From: Eledone cirrhosa
Lineage: Eukaryota
Direction: 5' to 3'
Length of the DNA: 64,000 nt
Assembly: GCA_964016885.1 (NCBI GenBank)
Contig: OZ024742.1
Location: forward strand, 296,856,001 to 296,920,000
This document shows, piece by piece, positions 38,500 to 49,152 of the stretch (its first letter is position 1; every line of letters begins with the position of its first letter). The translations under genes were made by a program, and so were the position numbers. The notes beneath the pieces were generated by a model that was given only the letters and a program-made list of their open reading frames with translations, was not told the DNA's origin and made no database searches.

Positions 38500-38969
38500 C
38501 AATGGCCCTTCTGAGGGTCAACCTTTCCAACATATCAGAAAAACTCTATATATCCTATAGATCAAGGTAGAAGGTATGCTCAGAGCAAAATGTGTCTACC
38601 TGGTTAAAACAGCAAAAGATCTTGACACTGATGTCATATTAGTACAGGAAAACAATATTGGTGATGTCAAGAGCTGCTCTTTGCATCAATGGGTACAAAC
38701 TCATTGCTGCCGTACCCCACTCTATTCTTGAGGAATCCTACAGGGATGACATGTATAAGCTGCTGAGAAGTAGTTGGGCCTCTCCTGCTTTGAAAGTCCA
38801 CTGCCATCTAGAATTGTTGCAGACTGGTGATTTTAGCAACCACTACTCTTCATGGGGCTATGTCACAGACAACGAGGCTGGGGAACAATTGGAGGTATGG
38901 GCTTCATCCTGTGATCACTATCTTCTTCATGGTGCCAAACAACCTAGCACATTATATTCTAGTCACTGA
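38500..38969 (+). mobile_element. Ingi/Vingi-like LINE endonuclease remnant
   Basis: VEGMLRAK..DTDVILVQE and GDFSNHYSSWGY..NEAGEQLEVWA..LLHGAKQP resemble APE motifs of Ingi/Vingi-type elements. Confidence 0.6.
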
Positions 38970-40201
38970 AAGAAAGAAAATATGGTGCGGCATACCCAAG
39001 AGACGATGTAACAGCCCTCCTCATCTCCGCAAAGTCTAAAAAGTATATTCAAATAATGAAGGGAGGTGAAAATTAATTAATTAATTGATTCCAAGCACTT
39101 AAAGTATAGAACCAAATTTAGCTGACTGGTGTCTTACTCAGAAGGCCACAGGCAGTCAGTTGATGATGTAATGCACACCAGATAATGTTAATAATACTAA
39201 CAATAATGACATGATGATAAATAGATAACATATTACATATTATTTTTCTCTATGGCAAGATTAAATGGTAAAGGAATTATAACTAACTCTACTTAAGTAG
39301 AAAATGCAAATACATATATTGTTATACTTTGGGAGGCTCATGTTGCCAATAAAACACACACACACCTGTTGGTTTTCACTTCAATTCATTATAAATTTCC
39401 GGTTGGCTGGTTGGTTCGATAACTGGAAGGTTGTTTATATATTGTCAAAGCTCTTTCATCACACATTCTGTGACCTCCACAGTGACTAGGTTTTTTATTT
39501 TTTTGTGTCTCTCCTTTGTTCTGTGTTACACCATTTTGTTTTTGTGTGTTTAGTTTACGCATGCCATCGTACTCCCAAACAAAAAACAAAATCCTTCCCA
39601 TTCTTAATTCTATCGTATCCTCCAATTCCTTAATTCTATCCTATTCTCAAACAAAAAAACAAAATCCTTCCCATTCTACTTATAAATTACTTTAAATATA
39701 TATATCATGCTACCTCGAAAGTCAAAAATCCCGCTCATACACCCTTCACCCACCTCTTCTTCACGAGGGGTTGCGGTCAGCCACTCTCTCTCTCTCTCTC
39801 CCCCTTCCCACACTCTCCCTCTCTTCCCCTTCCCCTCTCTCTCTCTCTCTCTCTTAGCTACACACACACACATATATAAGATAAATTCCCGTTCATGTTT
39901 ATTCACTTTCGCCAAACTATTTCTACTACGGTGTAACCATGTAATCGTAACGTTCACGTTTTTCCTATCTACTCCACACACCACAATTTCGTACATAGTC
40001 CAAACATCAAATCTCGCAAAATCCGAAATCTGTATTTTTTGTTATTTATTAAGGTTTAAATACGGTGTTTTTGTCGTATTGAACAGAACAAATCTTGCAG
40101 TTTTGCTTTTTGTTAATCGCTTGTTAAACATTCATAACCTTCCAGCTAGCTACCCCACACCCCTCCCACCCGCCCCCACACACCACCATTCTTAATACGT
40201 G

Positions 40202-40279
40202 GACCAATCATAAGCCAGAGACCCCCCCCCCACACGCATCACCATTATTATTATTACGCAGACCAATCATAAGCCAGAG
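40202..40279 (+). promoter_or_regulatory. Twin CCAAT modules in the RTE 5' UTR (candidate internal Pol II promoter)
   Basis: GACCAATCATAAGCCAGAG at 40202 and 40261; both also present in the sister copy at about 56139-56208. Confidence 0.5.
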
Positions 40280-40397
40280 GCCTATACTATCGCTTGCACG
40301 GTTGCCTTCGATATATGATGGATGGATGGATGGATGGACGGACTGCGGAATCCTGGAGAGTGGAAGGGAGAGAAAAATCTGGACGCTCAGAGCGAAA

Positions 40398-43300
40398 ATG
40401 CCAAAGTTAAAGTCAAATTCACCTCGTGGACGAGAATGCGAGCACTCCTCTTTGTTTCGCCCGCGGATGGCTAACATAACCCCATCTCCCCCCGCCCCCT
40501 ACCACCCCCACCCTCCAAACATAATCCAAAACTTCAGAGTTGGTACCATAAATGTAGGCACCCTAAAGGGTCGCGCTAACGAGGTTGTAGAAATGCTTGA
40601 ACGTAAGGAGGTCGATGTTTGTTGTATTCAAGAGACCAGGTGGAGGGGTCGGTCTGCTAGATTCATTGAGGGTAAAAAACGATGTTATAAGCTTTTCTGG
40701 GTGGGAAACGACGATGGGTTGGGTGGAGTAGGAATCATGGTAGCAGAAAAGTGGGTAGATAAGATAATAGACGTAAATAGAGTGAACGACAGAATAATTA
40801 AAATACGACTTGTCCTCAATAGAACTACGGTGACTGTAATATCTGCGTACGCACCCCAATCCGGACTGCCCGGCACTATAAAAGACAGATTCTATGAGAC
40901 ACTGATGGTCACTACCTCCCAAATATCTGACAGTGACTATATAATTATTGCAGGCGACCTAAATGGTCACGTTGGACAACATTGTGACGGCTACTACGAA
41001 ATCCATGGAGGCTATGGGTTTGGTACTAGAAATGAGGAAGGCTCTAGAATCCTGGAATTCTGTGATGCAAATAACCTAACTATCTGTAACACTAACTTCA
41101 AGAAACGTGACAATCACCTGATCACCTATAGATCCGGGGAACACACAAGCCAGGTAGATTATATCCTTACCAGAAGACGTGACAGAGTGTCTGTTGTAAA
41201 CACTAAATCCCTCCCCCATGAAGAATGCACCTCCCAACATAGACTGATAATTAGCGACCTCATAGTCAGGACGAGACGTACTCGACAGCAGAAGAGGACT
41301 ATCCCCAGGAGAAAAATATGGAAGCTAAAGGACCCCACAGCCAAAAATAAATTTCAAAACATATTACTTGATGCTTTCGACAGTAAGGAAGAACATTTAG
41401 AGTCGGACAATATAGAGGGACAGTGGGAATTTCTGAAAGCAAACCTGCTGATGGCGACAGACGAAGTCTGTGGCTGGAGCAGGCATGTAGGCAGGAGGAG
41501 AGTAACATGGTGGTGGAACAGTAAGGTGGAGGGGTCAATTAAGGCCAAAAAGCAGGCTTGGAAAGTATGGCGGGATGGGGGAAGTAGAGTAGACTATCAA
41601 GTGGCCAGGAGGGAAGCTAGGAGAGAAGTGTACTTAGCAAGAAGGGAAGCTGAGGAAAGAAAGTTCAAGCATGTTCTACAACGCGATGACCAAAAACGTG
41701 AGGTGTTCAGGATTGCTAGGCAATGCGTCAAGGAAAACCGTGATATTGTCGGGGAGAAGTGTGTACTTAACGATGATGGCATACTTGCCATCACCGACAC
41801 TGATAAGAAGGTAGCTTGGAAGTGTCACTATGAAAGGCTACTAAATGAGGAGAATAAATGGGAGAAAGACAGTCTCCCCCATATCGACCCAATAGAGGGA
41901 CCAGCAGTGTTAGTCAAGGGGAGTATAATAAGTAAGGCAATCAAGGATATGATGACAGGTAAGGCGGCTGGGCCTTCGGAAATAGTTGCTGAGATGCTGA
42001 AGGCATCTGGCACGGTGGGACACACCATGGTCACTCGCATAGTTAACCATGTCGTACAGAATGGGGTTGTTCCGAAGGACTGGCATAGCAGCATCATCGT
42101 TAACCGTTATAAGGGTAAAGGAGACGCCCTAGATAGGAGTAACTATAGAGGCATTAAATTAATCGACCAGGTCATGAAGGTCACGGAAAAAGTAATAGCG
42201 CAACTAATCAGAGAGAGAATTGACCTAGATGAAATGCCGTTCAGGTTTGTGTCAGGCAAAAGTACCACAGACGCTCTTTTCATAGTACGACAACTACAGG
42301 AGAAGTTCCTAGCTAAAGGTAAACCCCTCTACTTAGCTTTTGTCGACTTGGAGAAAGCCTTCGACAGAGTCCCCCGCTCCATTATCTGGTGGGCTCTTAG
42401 AAAACTAGGCGTTGACGAATGGCTTGTGAGGGCTATACAAGCCATGTATAAAGAAACAGTCAGTAAGGTTAGAATTAACAACGAATATAGTGAAGAGTTT
42501 AGCGTAAAAGTTGGCGTCCATCAGGGCTCTGTTCTCAGCTCCCTACTATTTATTGTTGCCCTTCAGGCTATAACAGAGGAGTTCAAGATAGGCTGCCCAT
42601 GGGAACTCCTATACGCAGACGACCTGACACTCATAGCGGAATCAATGGCCGAGCTAGAGAAGAAATTCCAAACATGGAAGCACGGCCTAGAGTCAAAAGG
42701 ACTTAAAATTAACCTGGCCAAGACCAAAGTTCTAGTTTGTAGGAAAGAAAACAAGGCGGCGGTCCCTTCTGGGAAATGGTCGTGCTCGGTGTGTAGGAAT
42801 GGCGTAGGTAGAAACTCCATTTTATGTCCTAAATGCAAAGTATGGGTGCATAAAAGATGTAGTGGGATCACAGGTAAGCTAACTAAGAACATAGATTTTA
42901 CATGTGGCCGGTGTTCTGGTGCAATAAGTAGCAGCAAGTGCCCACAAAATACTAGCTCTTTCAATTGCGCAGAGGGTTCTATAGAAATAGTGGACAGCTT
43001 CCGTTACCTGGGCGATAAAATCAGCAGTGGGGGAGGGTGCTCTGAAAGTACTGTAGCTAGAGTCAGAACTGGTTGGAAAAAGTTCAGAGAGCTTATACCA
43101 CTATTAGCTGCTAAAGGGTTCTCCCTAAAAATGAAAGGCAGGTTGTACGATGCCTGCATACGAACAGCAATGTTGCATGGCAGTGAGACTTGGGCATTGT
43201 GTGCAGAGGATATACGCAGACTAGAGAGGAACGAAGCTTGCATGCTCCGCTGGATGTGTAACAGTAATATACGTGAACGGCAAAGCATAAACGAACTAAG

Positions 43301-43580
43301 GAAAAAATTAGAGATAAGAGGGATCAGATGTTGTTTACTCGAGAGAAGGCTACGTTGGTATGGACACGCGATGCGCATGAAAGTCAATAGCTGTATAACA
43401 AAGTGCAGGGCAATAAAGATAGATGGTAGCCACGGAATAGGCAGACCTAGAAAAACCTGGGACGAGCTGATAAACTCTGACCTCACACACTTACACCTCT
43501 CCAAGACAATGTCACTGGACCGAGACCTTTGGCGGTACTCAGTAACAGAGAAGACCCGCCTTGCCAGTAGGCATCTCTAA
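40398..43580 (+). CDS. RTE polyprotein: APE endonuclease plus reverse transcriptase with inserted PHD finger (~1060 aa)
   Basis: GTINVGTL, CIQETRW, SAYAPQ, GDLNGHVG, QVDYIL, SQHRL (APE); NYRGIKL, DLEKAFD, GVHQGS, YADD at 42612, FRYLG (RT). The ATG at 40398 is conserved in the sister copy; the listed 40302 start is TTG. Confidence 0.9.
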   Translation: MPKLKSNSPRGRECEHSSLFRPRMANITPSPPAPYHPHPPNIIQNFRVGTINVGTLKGRANEVVEMLERKEVDVCCIQETRWRGRSARFIEGKKRCYKLFWVGNDDGLGGVGIMVAEKWVDKIIDVNRVNDRIIKIRLVLNRTTVTVISAYAPQSGLPGTIKDRFYETLMVTTSQISDSDYIIIAGDLNGHVGQHCDGYYEIHGGYGFGTRNEEGSRILEFCDANNLTICNTNFKKRDNHLITYRSGEHTSQVDYILTRRRDRVSVVNTKSLPHEECTSQHRLIISDLIVRTRRTRQQKRTIPRRKIWKLKDPTAKNKFQNILLDAFDSKEEHLESDNIEGQWEFLKANLLMATDEVCGWSRHVGRRRVTWWWNSKVEGSIKAKKQAWKVWRDGGSRVDYQVARREARREVYLARREAEERKFKHVLQRDDQKREVFRIARQCVKENRDIVGEKCVLNDDGILAITDTDKKVAWKCHYERLLNEENKWEKDSLPHIDPIEGPAVLVKGSIISKAIKDMMTGKAAGPSEIVAEMLKASGTVGHTMVTRIVNHVVQNGVVPKDWHSSIIVNRYKGKGDALDRSNYRGIKLIDQVMKVTEKVIAQLIRERIDLDEMPFRFVSGKSTTDALFIVRQLQEKFLAKGKPLYLAFVDLEKAFDRVPRSIIWWALRKLGVDEWLVRAIQAMYKETVSKVRINNEYSEEFSVKVGVHQGSVLSSLLFIVALQAITEEFKIGCPWELLYADDLTLIAESMAELEKKFQTWKHGLESKGLKINLAKTKVLVCRKENKAAVPSGKWSCSVCRNGVGRNSILCPKCKVWVHKRCSGITGKLTKNIDFTCGRCSGAISSSKCPQNTSSFNCAEGSIEIVDSFRYLGDKISSGGGCSESTVARVRTGWKKFRELIPLLAAKGFSLKMKGRLYDACIRTAMLHGSETWALCAEDIRRLERNEACMLRWMCNSNIRERQSINELRKKLEIRGIRCCLLERRLRWYGHAMRMKVNSCITKCRAIKIDGSHGIGRPRKTWDELINSDLTHLHLSKTMSLDRDLWRYSVTEKTRLASRHL

Positions 43581-44165
43581 CAAAATACACCCCGTCCCGC
43601 CACCACCCCCACCCCATCCACACCACCCCGTTCTATGTAAAGTTATGTTGGTGCCGCGCCATCCAGGCCGAAACAAATGAGATCGTGTAGGTGTCACGAC
43701 AAAAAAACACACAGTCCACGCTGTAATGTGGCCGTGTAGGCAACACGGTAAAAACCTCCCAGACCCACACTGTAAATGTGGTTGGTGTTAGGAAGGGCAT
43801 CCAACTGTAGAAAACCTGCCAGACAGTCCTATGCGAGCAAGACAATCACTCTTGCCTCAAGTGGGACTACCCCCGTCCAAACCCATGCAAGCGTGGAACA
43901 CGGACGTTAAACGTTGATGATGATGATGATGATGATGTTACATCCAGGTGTGTGTGTGTGTTTATTTATTTATTTATGTGTTTATTTATTTATCACTAAT
44001 TAGTTGTTTGTTCTATCTGAGTGGATATGATTTGTTTTGTTAGTTTGGTTTTTGTGTGTGTCTGTATGTCTTCAAATACATAGTTTAAAATTTAAATTAA
44101 ATTGAATAGAAGAGGTCATTTAATATTAGATTATATATGGAATATATTATGGAATGTAATATAAT

Positions 44166-44337
44166 TGTTTCTATTTTGGCACAAGGCCAGCAATTATCCA
44201 GTGCATTACTGGTACTTTATTTTATCGACCCCGTAAGGATGAAAGGCAAAGTTAACCTCAGCGGGATTTGAACTCAGAATGGCAAGGGCCGTAACTCTAT
44301 GCATCAAAGCATGGCATTCAACCCTCTGCCAATACTG
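44166..44337 (-). mobile_element. Deu/Nin-like SINE
   Basis: TSD GTAATATAAT at 44156-44165 and 44338-44347. Confidence 0.92.
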
Positions 44338-47300
44338 GTAATATAATGTAGATAATTTAATTATATGCTATAAGATGAAATATGAAATATATAAAAATAA
44401 GGTGTAGGTGTAGTTATAATATAAATGAACTCTAATGACAATTAAGTGGTAAATAAATTATGGGGGTGGATAATTGAATATTTAATTCAGCGAAGAAGTT
44501 AAAGAGCTTGCAAGAAACAATTAATGATTGATAATTAATATATAGTACATAATATATAGTTGAAGAAAGTGAATCATTAGCTATCGGTATGGAGACGATA
44601 CTGAGACATATGGTGTCAGAATTTTACATGTCACACATGAATTATATCATAAGTAGTAAACTATAGAGTAAGATGTCCTTCCACCATATAAGTGATATAA
44701 TATAGAATCAGAATAAAATATAATCAAATGAAATGTAATGTAAGGTATAAAATATATAACACTTAATATAAATACTTCATAAACACTAAACTATAATGGT
44801 AAAAGCTCAATACAAATTATAGAAATTCATATAGTGTCAAGTAACAGACAATCTAGAGAGTTCATTAAATTTCTTGTTGGTCTGTGAGGACATATGTAGC
44901 CATATACGACCGGGCCCATGTTTTGAGGAAGACTCCGTTTTAGCAGGTCCATGGTGTTAGTTCTTCTTACATTGGAGTCAGAGCCTCAGTTCTGCATTAC
45001 ATCACACAGCACTCAACTGTGACAGGAGCTGTATTCCATTTATGTTATGTGGTTTACCAGTGGGTAGATCTGGTCATTCCAGTTAGGAGACCATGATGCA
45101 ATAAATTAAAGCACTCAATGTTATGCAAATCATCATTCGTAGATGTGGGATCCAGCATCTGGTGCAGGATTCATCATCATCCTCGGAGATAAGTATTTAT
45201 TTAAAAACAACAGAAAGCTGGATTAGAAACATTTCTTAAAGTTTTAATGTTGTGAAAACATTATATATAGTGCAGTGAAAAATCAGAAGGTTATATCCAA
45301 AGTTGGTAGAGCACTCAATCCAAAGGACAAGTCAAGTATAGAGTTAATCTCACAACAAATACCAAGCCATTCTTAAAAACACATTTGAAACGACAAAAAG
45401 CACCTACTACACTCAGTAAGGTAGTCCTACTGGTGTTGAAAAAGCACCCACTCCACACTGTAATTAAGAAATGCATCCAGCCAAAGAAATCAAACTAAAA
45501 TACAGAACTGTATGAACAAGTTGGGTTCACCTGACTTGATTTATCTTATAACATGACACCCCATCTAATGCATGCAGACATAGAAAAATAGAAGATGATG
45601 GTGATGGTGATGATGATGAGGATGATGATGATGATGATGATGAGGATGATGTAAAGAATTCTGGCAGAGTGGATATATCCAAAGCAGTAGGAAGGGTATT
45701 TTTGGTTACATGACTTGTGAATGAGTAGATATTGGGTACAGGGAAATGCAGGCTTAGTAGTTTTCTTAGTGGGGTCAGAGAAAGAGTAAAAAAATATGTT
45801 CATCAGCTTATCAAACTGCAGGTTGAAATTATTTTACTTGGAAGAATGGGCTGTATAATTGTAGAGTTTGCCTGGGACACTAAATACCCAGGTGCCAACC
45901 TTGATTGCAGTAGAGGTGAAAAAAATCTATGTACATTTGCCACCACAGCGAGTAAGTTAACAGTTTATTGACTCAAACAACAATGGCTTTGCTATCATCA
46001 TAAAAAATACACACTGATTAATGTCTGTACAAAAGAATGTCAAGATTCTCTGTTATCTTATATACTAAAATCATTGATAAATATTGTATTTGTAACATAT
46101 TTACCAATTAAGAAAATAATTATGATATTAGAGAAGTAAGGAAAAGAAATGATAGTAATAATAAATATATTTAGATTTTATCATATGTATTCTGGCAGTA
46201 GATTATTGGAAATGATATTAATCAGAAAAAAAACAAAAACACAATGATATGAACAAGCTAGATGAAGATCTATGACATCTAACTGGCTGCATTAGTTGTC
46301 ATTAGGAGAACGATTGACTAAATGTCAATAAAGACAAGAAAATTATTTTCTCTTCATTAGAACTGTTTATTGTGTAGTGTAAATACTTTATAATGGAAGT
46401 GCTTTGAATAACAATATTACTTATGTTGTATTGGTACATTACCTATACTACATATATTAACTTTTAGTAAAAGTTCTGAAACAAAAATTCATAGGTCACA
46501 TAAGGCTAATGGTCATATTAAGTGTTACTTTTCTTTTGTTGTGCTTATATTAGGATAGTGGATTGGAAGAATCACTAAGGTGTTGGACAAATGCTTTCCC
46601 ACATCTGGTATGGCTGTGTTGCCATACATGCAGAGGCATAACTAGGGAAATAATGCCTATGGCAAGCAGTGAAATTGCACCACTGCCCAGCACTGTATAT
46701 TTACCTATGAGTCTAATAATTTATATAATTGGTTTAATGATCCAGCCACTACAGTGTTCTCACCCACGATAATAAAAGACAGATCATACATCTGAAAGAG
46801 TTCCTTTTTTACACTCTATGATGAGGCTTATTTGACTTTAATAGAACGTGCTCCTAGTCCACCTCATGTGGCACTCATGGCACATGCTATGCTTAACATA
46901 GTTACACATATGCAGATATGAGTTTAAATACAACCATGGTCAACGTTTCTTTTCATCCTTGGTAAAATAGAGAACCAGTCAAACAGTAGGGTCTATGAAA
47001 TTGATTTACTCCTCTGCAAGAAATCTCATCTAAAATGGGTTAATGTGAAATCCTTTTAATCCTTAAACATACGATTAATTACATGTTAAGAACTACTAAT
47101 TAGATAGAGAAGCAATCTCATATGCTATCCCACAAAACCAACAATTCAGACTAATCTATATTTATTGTATCACTACATAAAACATTAAATTTAACTTAAC
47201 ATACCCATAATCCCAATACATTGTTGCACAGAAACTTCAGAAATACCCTCACCTTCAATATCTTCTTATAAAACAATCCCATTTTAACAGAGTTCTTGAT

Positions 47301-48967
47301 GTATATTGATAAAAAAAATACATCTTCAACTAGTTAAGTCATTAGTGCTAAATCTTAATAACGAATATACTGGGCAGAATTATATAATGATTCAGAGCCC
47401 AGTTAGCACTTTTAGTATCAAACCACTAGAAACTGTCTCCCTGGTTCCAAGATACAAAGCTGTTTATTTTAAACTGTTTACATTTATCTAAAAGCCCTTC
47501 ATCATAATTTTATGTAACGACCTCTGTTAAGTTATGTTCCAAACACAAATGTACTATTAAGAAAGTTAGTTTGTTGTTTTACTAAATCCCTCCAAATTTT
47601 TGATTATTTTCAAAATTATTTGAAAATTCATAGAATTTGTCTCTAAATAGTATTGAATCCATTAAAAGAGCACTAACCACATCCATCATCTTCCTCTGCA
47701 CATTCTAAAAAGTCCTAGAAACAACCATTTTTTTATATCAGCAACTCATGTGTCCACCTCTCCAAATCATGAATTACATACAAAAAATATATAACTGCTT
47801 CAATTCAATCTCTATTATATAGCATTGCATTAACCATGGGCTATAAGAAAGGCTCTTCAATTTAAATGACAGTATGCAGGAATTATTACTGAACTATTGT
47901 TTTCAACCTGTAGCTTTTGATATGCTCAGGGAAGCTGCACCCCTAACAAGAAGGTTTTTGTCATTGTTAGTGACACACTTCACCAAACATCAGGTGATAC
48001 TGATGAGGGTGCTTTAATACACTAGCATCTTAGTCATACTAACACCTGCGGCAATAATGTGAGTGTGTTGGCTTGCCACAAGTTATTAGAAGGAACGTTA
48101 ATGATTCCTATTATGGAGTTTATGCTTGTCTTCTCCAGCCATTTTGTTTCCTTCCTATTTTCTGTAATTTTCTCTTATTAACTTCCTTCTGAAAATTGTT
48201 AATCTTTTGATAATTTAGGTATGCCTTTAGCAACAAAATATTCAACAATTCAAAAGCTAACTGGCAAACCATATCTCAGATATCAAAGCCTAATAAATGT
48301 GATGAAGTGGCTGAGTCGTTAAAATGTTGGATAGATTGTTTTACTGCTCTCTGCACCCTGAGTTTAAATCCATCCAAGGTCAACATACTTTTTGTTCTTT
48401 CAAGGCTGATAAATAAAGTACCAGTACAGTACAGGGATTGATTCATCCTCTATATCCCTTTCACACTCTCTTTCTCTGGAAGAAGTCAGCTGTATTCTGA
48501 CTTGAGGAGGGGTTGGTTCTGCTAACATATGAAATGCCCAAGAGATACTGTATGTCACAATGGTGTCCCTACAGCTCTATCAGGAGTTAAGGACTCCATG
48601 TCTAACAATAAGAATCACTAATTTCCCAAATGGCTCCACAAACAGCGATCCTATTCCTCATTTTTCTTAATTGATAACTACACAATCTTACCATTTGGAA
48701 TTAGCATATAATATGATTTGATAATTATGGAGATAGTAAGATCAATGGCAACATTTTTTCTGGATTCTGAAACAGATTAACTCTGTCTTTCAATCTGGAC
48801 GCATTCCTAATTGGATTGATAAATTACTGTTGCATTAACACACCAGTGATTTATTAATCCAACTAGCTGCCATGAACACATTATATATATGCAAATTAGT
48901 TTATCTAGTTTACCGAGTAATAGTGAGATATATAAGCAGTGTCTCAGTGGACAATCAAAGAAGGTGT

Positions 48968-49014
48968 TCAGTTACTGATGAAATCTAATGTGGGATTGAA
49001 ACTAATCCAGCTGA
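48968..49014 (+). ncRNA. Minimal hammerhead ribozyme motif, slightly decayed
   Basis: TCAGTTA-CTGATGA-AATCT aatgtg GGATT-GAAA-CTAA-TC-CAGCTGA; stem I has 6 of 7 pairs and stem II has 5 bp. Confidence 0.55.
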
Positions 49015-49152
49015 TCTCCCTTTTCTGTTCACAAAAATATTGTATATATATAGGCACAGAATTTATATCTCTCTATTACATTCGATGGTGACTAAAAATC
49101 TGTAGCTATATTTTATATCGAATTTAATTTAAATACAGTTAATGTATGAGTG

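Larger units (their letters stand above)
39570..43937 (+). mobile_element. Full-length or nearly full-length RTE family A LINE
   Basis: ~0.8-kb 5' region homologous to 56030-56780 on the minus strand, single open ORF, 3' UTR, (GAT)n tail 43915-43937; 5' boundary approximate. Confidence 0.93.

Noticed and set aside
40400-40480. HDV-like ribozyme near the RTE 5' end (TTCACCTCGTGGA...GGCTAAC)
   Set aside because: I could not build P1, P1.1 or P2 pairings, and the segment lies in the conserved reading frame.
41159-43504. Antisense ORFs recurring in RTE copies
   Set aside because: Shadows of the sense ORF that recur only because the copies are similar; no recognisable domains.
39520-43950. TSD for the full-length RTE (GTTACA at both ends)
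   Set aside because: Only 6 bp match and the 5' boundary is uncertain; could be chance.
45732-46772. Possible host exons (ORFs 45732-45971 and 46563-46772; AG acceptor near 46553)
   Set aside because: No recognisable protein motif or consistent exon chain; cannot be supported without RNA-seq or homology. Small exons elsewhere cannot be excluded.
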